A stretch of DNA of 64,000 nucleotides from a virus: the IMG/VR virus record IMGVR_UViG_3300019889_000009, positions 7,799 through 71,798 of that record. The stretch is one strand, 5' to 3'. Position numbers and translations under genes: made by a program. The stretch's first letter is position 1; the number at the start of each line of letters is the position of its first letter. The notes beneath the pieces are model-generated. The model did no database searches. It was given only the letters and a program-made list of their open reading frames with translations, and had not been told where the DNA came from. This document shows positions 56,607 to 64,000 of this stretch, one piece after another.

Positions 56607-57359
56607 ATGACGGACCCAGTCACGTCAACAGTACGAGCGCACGATCACACTACCCCGTGGCATTATGAGACTGCATTGATTGCGGCACAGATGTGGAGCA
56701 AGGGCTCCAGTGCCAGTGTGATCAAGGCCGAGCTGTCAGCTGTGCATGGTCTCGAAGTCACACGCAGTGGTGTGCTTGGCAAGATGCATCGCATGGGCAT
56801 TCGATCACCTGCAAGTTGGACCCGTGCAGACCGCATCATGAAGAAGAGACGTCGCACAAACCGCAATCAATACGAGAAGCAGCTGATGGTGTGGACGCCT
56901 GATATCGATCAGCGCATGATCGAACTGCACGAAGCAGGAGTTCAAGTGAGTGCTATCGCAGGGACCATCAATATCGGGTTCAAGCAATCGATCACCTATC
57001 CGATGGTGCGCGCACGATTGACGGAACTTGGTAAGTGGAAGGGTGCTCCCTCGAGACGTCAAGCTACTGTATCGAAGGGTGGTGTGTACCTGTCAGCCAA
57101 GACCACCAACTCAACACCGGGCTATCTCGTCGATATCGTGGAGACGTTGCCGTCGACCAGTGTCGCGTTCTTTGCAACGTCAAAACAGGACTGCAAGTGG
57201 CCGACGTCGAATGAAGTGCGGGAGATGCAGGTGTGCGGAGCCCCCGCGACGATGGGTGCCTATTGCGAACACCACGGCCTGCTGGCCTATCGCACGTTGC
57301 CGTCACCGTCACGTCAAGCACGGTACTTCAAGCGCGAGGAGTTCGAACCTCATGACTGA
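56607..57359 (+). CDS. GcrA-like cell-cycle regulator
   Basis: W...GSSASVI...VTRSGVLGKMHRMG and C-terminal CKWP...CG...YCEHH. Confidence 0.78.
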   Translation: MTDPVTSTVRAHDHTTPWHYETALIAAQMWSKGSSASVIKAELSAVHGLEVTRSGVLGKMHRMGIRSPASWTRADRIMKKRRRTNRNQYEKQLMVWTPDIDQRMIELHEAGVQVSAIAGTINIGFKQSITYPMVRARLTELGKWKGAPSRRQATVSKGGVYLSAKTTNSTPGYLVDIVETLPSTSVAFFATSKQDCKWPTSNEVREMQVCGAPATMGAYCEHHGLLAYRTLPSPSRQARYFKREEFEPHD

Positions 57360-57559
57360 TATGGTGCCATACAATAGGTGTGGGCGCATACACCTTGGGT
57401 CGTGCTTGGTGAACGGCGATCGTGCGGACGGCACTGTAGGTCCGATATGCATGTGGTGTAACCAGCCGATGACGCGCGCCGATCGCGAACTCACACAGCG
57501 TACGTGGGACGAGGTGAGCATCATACTTGCGCCCTACCGCAAGCGATTAGACCACTGAC

Positions 57560-59095
57560 ATGAACCGCCAGTTGATCATGCCGACCGAGGAGAACCAACG
57601 TGCGGTCAGGCGTGGTTGGGTCGAAGACGATTTTGAAATGCACGAAGAACTGTTCGCGATGGAGTCTCGCGAAAGCTTCTGGGCGTTTCGTCAATACATG
57701 GACCCCAACCTCCTCAAGGGCTGGTGGGTGGCTGAGGTGTCGGTCAAGCTGCAGGAGTTCTATGAGCGGCTGATCAACAATGAACGGCCCAAGCTGTTGC
57801 TTGAGGCACCCCCGCAGCATGGCAAGTCGCGATCATTGCAGGACTTCATAGCGTGGGTGTCGGGTAAGCAGCCGCAGACCCGTTCCATGTACGCGTCGTA
57901 CTCGGACGAGTTGGGCATCATGACCAACCTGTTCATTCAGCGCATGATGGACGACCGCACGAAGTATGGTCGGGTGTTCCCCTCGACGGTACTCAACACG
58001 TCGAACGTGGTCACGCAAGCCGGGCGCTATATGCGCAACTCCTCGTTCCTCGAATATGTGGGACAGAAGGGGTCGTTTCGTAATGTGACTGTGCAGGGGC
58101 AGGTCACGGGTAAGGGCTTGGATCTGGGCATCATTGATGACCCGATCAAGGGACGCGCGGAAGCGCAGAGCAAGACCATTCGCGACAAGACCTGGAATTG
58201 GTTCCTTGACGATTACTTCAACCGGTTTTCGGAGTATGCTGGTCTGATCATGATCATGACCCGGTGGCATGTCGACGATCCCGCAGGAAGGTTTCTTGAG
58301 CACTTCCCCAACACCATACAGCTCAAGTACCCGGCGATGGGGTTGGGTAAACAATTGAGGGGCAACAGCGCCTACGATCCGCGACGCAAGAACGAACCGT
58401 TGTTCCCCGAGTTCAAGTCGCGTGCGTTCTTGATGGAGCGCAAGAAGGCGTACACGATCGCGTCATGGGAGTCGCTGTATCAGCAGTCGCCGATCATTAG
58501 CGGCGGTGGGATGTTCCCGCTGAACAAGATCCGATATGTGCCGACTCCTCCCGACAAGGCCGATATCAGACGCACCGTACGCTATTGGGACAAGGCGGGC
58601 ACTGCAGACGGGGGTGCCTATACAGCGGGTGTGCTCATGCATCTCCTCAAGGACGGTCGTTGTGTCGTCGAAGACGTGCGACGCGGGCAGTGGTCTGCAT
58701 GGGACCGCGAGAAAATGATCAAGGCCGCAGCTCAAGCCGACGACGTGATGCATGAGCGCGTTGAGGTGTGGGTGGAACAGGAGCCGGGGTCTGGTGGTAA
58801 GGAGTCTGCGGAACGCACGATCGCGGAATTGCGCGGTCACATCGTCAAGGCCGATCGGGTCACGGGTTCGAAGGAGATGCGCGCGGAACCGTACGCTGCG
58901 CAATGGCAAGCAGGCAACATCCTGCTGGTGGCCTCGAACCGTTGGAACGCGGCGTTCACTGACGAACACGAGTCGTTCCCTGCGGCTGCATATAAGGATC
59001 AGGTGGACGCGGCGGGCGGTGCCTTCGCGAAGCTGGTCAACAAGCAATACAAATACGACGGCTCAATGGCATGGGTAGGATCAGCAAATGGCTAA
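57560..59095 (+). CDS. Terminase large subunit
   Basis: APPQHGKS, IIDDPIKG, MTRWHVDD, LYQQSP, RYWDKA, KDQVDA. Confidence 0.93.
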   Translation: MNRQLIMPTEENQRAVRRGWVEDDFEMHEELFAMESRESFWAFRQYMDPNLLKGWWVAEVSVKLQEFYERLINNERPKLLLEAPPQHGKSRSLQDFIAWVSGKQPQTRSMYASYSDELGIMTNLFIQRMMDDRTKYGRVFPSTVLNTSNVVTQAGRYMRNSSFLEYVGQKGSFRNVTVQGQVTGKGLDLGIIDDPIKGRAEAQSKTIRDKTWNWFLDDYFNRFSEYAGLIMIMTRWHVDDPAGRFLEHFPNTIQLKYPAMGLGKQLRGNSAYDPRRKNEPLFPEFKSRAFLMERKKAYTIASWESLYQQSPIISGGGMFPLNKIRYVPTPPDKADIRRTVRYWDKAGTADGGAYTAGVLMHLLKDGRCVVEDVRRGQWSAWDREKMIKAAAQADDVMHERVEVWVEQEPGSGGKESAERTIAELRGHIVKADRVTGSKEMRAEPYAAQWQAGNILLVASNRWNAAFTDEHESFPAAAYKDQVDAAGGAFAKLVNKQYKYDGSMAWVGSANG

Positions 59096-61331
59096 TGGAC
59101 GACAAGCGACTGCCCGCAAGGCAGACAAGGCACCCGCAAGTCCTGCGATCGTACAGGGGTCGCAGGGAGCACCGCATGCGCTGATGCGGGAAATGAATGA
59201 CACCCTGTTCAATCTAGTGACCGGGATGGGCACCGAGAAGGACAAGAACACGTCGACCATGTTCGGGTACTCGGAGTTACCCAAGGCCCAGTTGGAAGCG
59301 GCCTATCGTGGTGATTGGGTATCGCGCAAGGTGATCGACATCCCGGCCTATGATGCAACCCGCGAATGGCGCTCATGGGAGTCCGATGCCAAGGACTTGA
59401 CTGCGATCGAGGACCTGGAAAAGTCGCTGAACCTGCAACGCAAGACCATGATGGTGATGCAGCGTGCGAGATTGTACGGGGGTGCAGCCTTGGTACTGGG
59501 TGTCGATCAGGGCAAATCAGAAGACCCGTTGGAGATCGAGAAGCTCGGCAAGGACTGTTTGAAGTTCGTGCATGTCGTCAATCGATATGAGCTGACCGCG
59601 GGTGAGACCGAGTGGGACATCATGTCACCCTACTTCGGTCAGCCGTCATACTACACCCGATCGATCCCGCGATCGGCAGGCAACTTGCGACTGCATCCGT
59701 CACGGGTTATTCGCTTTGTCGGTCTTGAAGTGCCCGACGTGAACCTCGCCAACGGCTGGGGTGACTCGTGTCTGCAGGTCGTCGCCGATGCGGTGATGGC
59801 AATGGGCACCGTGTCGAACTCCCTCGCCTCATTGGTGCAGGAAGCGAAGGTCGATATCGTCAAGATCCCTGAACTGTCGGAACGGATCTCCAACAAGGAA
59901 TACGAGGAGCGACTCAAGACCCGGTTCGCAATGGCGAACGTGATGAAGTCGCTTTATTCGTTGCTGTTGATCGACAAGGAGGAGGAGTGGGAGCGAGTCA
60001 ATCAAACGTTCACGGGTATGCCCGAGGTGTTGCAGTCGTTCATGATCATGGTGTGCGGGGCCGCTGACATCCCCGCGACCCGCTTCATGGGGCAGGCACC
60101 GCAGGGCATGAACGCGACTGGTGACTCCGATACCCGCAACTACTACGATCGCACGTCGACGGAACAGGAGATCACGATCCAGCCGGCCTTGAAACCCCTC
60201 GACGAGATCCTGATGATTTCCGCCTTGGGTACCAAGCCCGACGGTCTGTTCTACAATTGGAACCCGTTGTGGCAGATGGACGACGCACAGGCCGCAGAGA
60301 TCGCAGTCAAGCAAGCCACTGTGATGAAGGCCGACGTCGATGCCGGGCTAATGGATCCCCTTGTGCTGCAGAAGGCCCGCGAAAATCAATTGATCGAGTC
60401 TACTTGGTATCCGGGTATCGAGCAAATCATCGTGGAGTTCGGTACCGACATTGACGAGCGCGAGCCGTCGACCGAAGAAAAGGCTGCACAGCTGGCACTC
60501 GAGGCACAGGCCGCGGGCTCACAGATCGATCCCAAAACTGGCAAGCCGATGCCCCCTGCTCCTGCGAACAATAACTTGCCCAAGGCAGTACCTAAGAAGA
60601 AGGTGGTCGGTGAAGACGCCGTCATCGAGTCAATGGCAGAACGCATTCGCGATGCCGAATTGATTGACCAGAGTACACCTCGTACCCTGTACGTGTATCG
60701 GCCGGTACTGAATTGGCGCGACGTGGCGAAGCATTATAAGGCGCAGGGTGTGCAGAACGTGCTGGATGCAGAGATGCATGTCACGGTCTGCTATTCGAAG
60801 AAGCCAGTCGATTGGCTCAAGGTCGGGGAAGAGGAATGGAATACTGACGACAAGGGCAACCTGCGGATCAAGGCCGGTGGCCCGCGCGTCAATGAGAAGT
60901 TCGGCAAGTACCTGGTGTTGGGGTTTGCGTCGTCGCCCCTGTCATGGCGCCATCGATCGATCAACGATCGCACGGATGCCAGTTGGGACTATGAAGACTA
61001 CACGCCGCACATTTCGATATCGATGGACGCGGGTGCCGTCGACCCCTTGACGATGCCGGCCTATCAGGGGGAGATCGTATTGGGTCCTGAAGTATTCGAG
61101 GAGATCAAACCCAGTCGCTTCAACAACCCTGCTCGTGACGAGATACCGTTCTCGCTGCCCAATGCATTTGCCGATGCGCTGTCGCGGATGCCCCCTGCAC
61201 AAGTTACGGTGACGGTGCCCGTGACCGTCAAGGGCAAGGCCGGAAAGGAAACTGTGCGGGTCACGAAGCACGATGGGAAGGGTCGCATTTCAGAGTTTGA
61301 ACGTGTAACCGATGACAGTGAGGACGAATAA
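59088..61331 (+). CDS. DUF1073-type portal protein fused to a C-terminal Acb1-like 2H phosphoesterase
   Basis: Follows the large terminase; ARLYGGA, DIPATRFMGQAPQGMNATGDSD; C-domain HVTVCYS and PHIS (two H-x-T/S motifs). Confidence 0.82.
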   Translation: MANGRQATARKADKAPASPAIVQGSQGAPHALMREMNDTLFNLVTGMGTEKDKNTSTMFGYSELPKAQLEAAYRGDWVSRKVIDIPAYDATREWRSWESDAKDLTAIEDLEKSLNLQRKTMMVMQRARLYGGAALVLGVDQGKSEDPLEIEKLGKDCLKFVHVVNRYELTAGETEWDIMSPYFGQPSYYTRSIPRSAGNLRLHPSRVIRFVGLEVPDVNLANGWGDSCLQVVADAVMAMGTVSNSLASLVQEAKVDIVKIPELSERISNKEYEERLKTRFAMANVMKSLYSLLLIDKEEEWERVNQTFTGMPEVLQSFMIMVCGAADIPATRFMGQAPQGMNATGDSDTRNYYDRTSTEQEITIQPALKPLDEILMISALGTKPDGLFYNWNPLWQMDDAQAAEIAVKQATVMKADVDAGLMDPLVLQKARENQLIESTWYPGIEQIIVEFGTDIDEREPSTEEKAAQLALEAQAAGSQIDPKTGKPMPPAPANNNLPKAVPKKKVVGEDAVIESMAERIRDAELIDQSTPRTLYVYRPVLNWRDVAKHYKAQGVQNVLDAEMHVTVCYSKKPVDWLKVGEEEWNTDDKGNLRIKAGGPRVNEKFGKYLVLGFASSPLSWRHRSINDRTDASWDYEDYTPHISISMDAGAVDPLTMPAYQGEIVLGPEVFEEIKPSRFNNPARDEIPFSLPNAFADALSRMPPAQVTVTVPVTVKGKAGKETVRVTKHDGKGRISEFERVTDDSEDE

Positions 61332-61750
61332 TGGCTTCCATGATCTTTAATTCGGCGATCGAAGACATGGCGACTGATGCCATTGACTTCGACACCGACA
61401 CGTTCCAATGCATGTTGGTGACGTCGGGGTACACTCCTGACAAGGACGCGGACACCAAACGTTCCGACGTCACCAATGAGATCGTGGGTACCGGCTACAC
61501 CGCGGGTGGTGAAGTGACGTCGGTGTCAGTGACGAAAGACACAGCGAACGATCGGGTCGACGTTGAACTCGACGGAATCTCGTTACCGGCGTCGACAATC
61601 ACGGCACGGGGTGCGGTCTATTACAAGGCGCGCGGGGGTGCAGCCTCCGCCGATGAACTGGTCGCCTACATTGACTTCGGCGTGGACGTGATATCAGTCG
61701 CCGGTTTGTGGGCATTGACCCCCTCGACGCTCAGGTTGCAAAACACATGA
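61331..61750 (+). CDS. Putative virion structural protein
   Basis: TAATG-coupled; IDFDTDTF..MLV, GTGYTAGG, LVAYIDFG. Confidence 0.6.
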   Translation: MASMIFNSAIEDMATDAIDFDTDTFQCMLVTSGYTPDKDADTKRSDVTNEIVGTGYTAGGEVTSVSVTKDTANDRVDVELDGISLPASTITARGAVYYKARGGAASADELVAYIDFGVDVISVAGLWALTPSTLRLQNT

Positions 61751-63216
61751 CCGTCGCGTTCCTCGACGTCTGCAAGTTCTTACCCGCGTCGGGTGGCACC
61801 GGCGACTGGGTTTATGACTCGGTGGTGCAGGGCTATCAAGACCCGACCGCGGCCGATGCTGCCGATGGCAAGATCTATCGCTATCGTGCGGAGTCCGCAG
61901 ACCTGTTGGAATGGGAAGTGGGTCTTGGTGAATACGACGCGGGTACCGACACGTTCGCGCGTACCGAGGTCATTGCGAACTCATTGGGTACCACGGCCAA
62001 GATTAACTTCACGGTACCGCCCGTCGTCGGCATCACGTTCCTTGCCAAAGACCTGATACGCGGACATGGTCAATGCGTGCTGATGTTGGTCGGCGCGAAC
62101 CTGGTGCTGCAGCCCAAGAACGGTCACCTGCTTATCATCAATGGGCGCTCTGAAGAAGTCCCGGCAGGCGGTGTGTCATTGCCCCCGACAGGACTGACCG
62201 CGTCGACGAAGTACTACATTTACGCGCTCATGAGTTCGGGTGTGATGATACTCGAGGCCGTGACCACGGCCTACGCCGTGTCGACGGCTGCGGAGAACAG
62301 GGACGTCGTTATCAAGAGCGGCGACAACACGCGCACACTGGTCGGCATGGTGTATCCGATCGCGGGACCCGCGTTCGTGGACTCGTGGTCGCAGCGTTTC
62401 GTGCGCACGTGGTTCAACGACCCGGGGGTGCGAACGCAGGTTCGTATGAACAACACCAGTGGCGTGCGATACAGCACATCCAACACCGGTCCGGCGTTCG
62501 CGGAGGTGACGTCGACTATCAGGAACTACGCTCTGTTCTGGGCGGGCGAGGACTGGGACATCTCGCTGGCGGGGGCCGCGTTGGCACCGTCGCAGGGTCC
62601 GGCAATCTGGTGCGGTCTCGGCGTCGACAGCACGACGGTGAGCGAGCCGATTGGCTCGTACTTCAACGGCGGAGGCGGGGGATACGCGTCGTCGATCAGC
62701 GCGCCCAACATCAAGACCGGACTCTCAGAGGACGTGCACTACGTCACATTGTTGGCGCTGGTCTCGAGCGGGACGTATCAATTTGCTGGTGGTTCGTTAG
62801 ACAACACGGCGACAGCAGTCGCAGCTCGCACGGTCGGCAAGGCGGCGGGTTCGGGAGGCGCGGTCAGGGGCGATAACGGCGCGGCTGGCGCTGCGGGTCC
62901 GACCAATCTGCCGCAGAACTCGCAGGGCGGAAACTACACGACGGTGCTGGCCGACGCGGGAAAGCACATCTATCACTCGGCGCTCGCGACTCACACCTAC
63001 ACCATCGACGCTGCCGTGTCCTACGCCATCGGCGACACCATCTCGTTTGTCAACAGCAATGGTGGAGGCGGGCTCAACATTGCACTGAGCTCCGGCACGC
63101 TCGTGCTGGCGGGCTCAACGACCACGGGAACGAGAGCGCTCGCGGTCAACGGCATCGCCACGGCGCTGAAGGTCGAGGCCGCCAGATGGCTGATATCGGG
63201 ACCAGGACTGACGTGA
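61747..63216 (+). CDS. Putative tail fibre-like protein
   Basis: WEVGLGEY N-domain, short Gly-X-Y stretch, C-terminal YTTVLADAGK...WLISG domain. Confidence 0.6.
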   Translation: MTVAFLDVCKFLPASGGTGDWVYDSVVQGYQDPTAADAADGKIYRYRAESADLLEWEVGLGEYDAGTDTFARTEVIANSLGTTAKINFTVPPVVGITFLAKDLIRGHGQCVLMLVGANLVLQPKNGHLLIINGRSEEVPAGGVSLPPTGLTASTKYYIYALMSSGVMILEAVTTAYAVSTAAENRDVVIKSGDNTRTLVGMVYPIAGPAFVDSWSQRFVRTWFNDPGVRTQVRMNNTSGVRYSTSNTGPAFAEVTSTIRNYALFWAGEDWDISLAGAALAPSQGPAIWCGLGVDSTTVSEPIGSYFNGGGGGYASSISAPNIKTGLSEDVHYVTLLALVSSGTYQFAGGSLDNTATAVAARTVGKAAGSGGAVRGDNGAAGAAGPTNLPQNSQGGNYTTVLADAGKHIYHSALATHTYTIDAAVSYAIGDTISFVNSNGGGGLNIALSSGTLVLAGSTTTGTRALAVNGIATALKVEAARWLISGPGLT

Positions 63217-63217
63217 G

Positions 63218-63904
63218 ATGCTGCCGTCCACACTGCTCATGGCCATTTCTCCACCGATCGTGGTCACGCCCGGATCGGCCGAGTACAACAGCGCGGGCGC
63301 GGGTAGTCAGGTTCTCCCGAACTTCAACACGCTCGTGGTCGAGCTCTGGGGAGCCGGCTCGTCGGGCAACGGTCTCACGCCGCCATCGACAAACTTTCCA
63401 GGCAACGACGGAGGGACCACGACGTGTTCCACGCTGGGCCTCACCGCTGGAGGTGGTGTCAGGCCCTCGGGCGCTCCAGCCAATCCTGGAGCTGGAGGGC
63501 TGGCCAGCGGAGGTGACATCAACACGTCCGGCTCGCAGGGTGTCGCCGGAGGTGCCTACAACGGAGTGTTCGGCAGAGGTGGATCTTCGCCCAACGGGGG
63601 AGCGACCACGCTGCCTCCCGCCGGACAGGGCACTCCGGGTCTTGCCGACAATGGTTTCAACGGCGCTGCTCCCGGAGCTGCCGGCTCTGCCCCGACGTAC
63701 AATGTGAGCGGCTCTCAGTTCAGTGGCTGCGGTGGCTCCGGTGGTGCCTACTGCAGAAAGACCTACACGCGCGGATCGCCTGGAGCACCGGCGATTGGCG
63801 ACACGATCAATCACATCGTGGGAGGCGGAGGGGCGAGGGACGCCGCCGCCAACTTCGACGGCGGCAGCGGTGCAAACGGCAGGATAAGATACACGTGGAG
63901 TTGA
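63218..63904 (+). CDS. Glycine-rich virion-associated protein
   Basis: VELWGAG, GGSGGAYC, IVGGGG, GANGRI. Confidence 0.65.
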   Translation: MLPSTLLMAISPPIVVTPGSAEYNSAGAGSQVLPNFNTLVVELWGAGSSGNGLTPPSTNFPGNDGGTTTCSTLGLTAGGGVRPSGAPANPGAGGLASGGDINTSGSQGVAGGAYNGVFGRGGSSPNGGATTLPPAGQGTPGLADNGFNGAAPGAAGSAPTYNVSGSQFSGCGGSGGAYCRKTYTRGSPGAPAIGDTINHIVGGGGARDAAANFDGGSGANGRIRYTWS

Positions 63905-63922
63905 ACCCGAAGGAGATATCTC

Positions 63923-64000
63923 ATGACCTTGCTTGACGATTGCGTCTTCAATAATCGCGGAGCCGACACTGGTCTGCATCCCCACGGCGTTCCGACGAGT
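63923..64000 (+). CDS. Start of next gene (3'-truncated)
   Basis: AAGGAG RBS then ATG 63923, frame open to the window end. Confidence 0.45.
   Translation, partial: MTLLDDCVFNNRGADTGLHPHGVPTS

Noticed and set aside
63146-63985. 279-aa minus-strand ORF
   Set aside because: Antisense shadow of the GC-rich glycine-rich gene

Overview
The window is about 64 kb of a tailed dsDNA phage genome, probably infecting an alphaproteobacterium (GcrA-like gene). No integrase is visible. Order: end of the tail module and lysis genes (1-10.5 kb); a short leftward block with a frameshifted class-III aminotransferase; accessory genes (RNase H, phosphoribosyltransferase, HNH, QueE); DnaB-like and SNF2 helicases; an early-type region of small genes (27-35.7 kb); replication/recombination genes (primase, sigma-like factor, clamp, UDG-fused family A polymerase, clamp loader, SSB, RecA, resolvase, SbcCD) interleaved with a 7-deazaguanine DNA-modification pathway (queD, queC, folE, TGT/DpdA-like); then a NusG-like factor, terminases and a portal fused to an Acb1-like 2H phosphoesterase. 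The standout feature is an array of 12 type II hammerhead ribozyme motifs at 27011-33708. Copies 3-12 begin 0-4 nt after (or overlap) a stop codon, and each precedes the next ribosome-binding site. Cores are invariant, while stems and a loop I/3'-tail pseudoknot co-vary. This predicts a self-processing polycistronic early transcript whose released units could also circularise. All calls come from reading motifs by eye; no database search or folding program was run.
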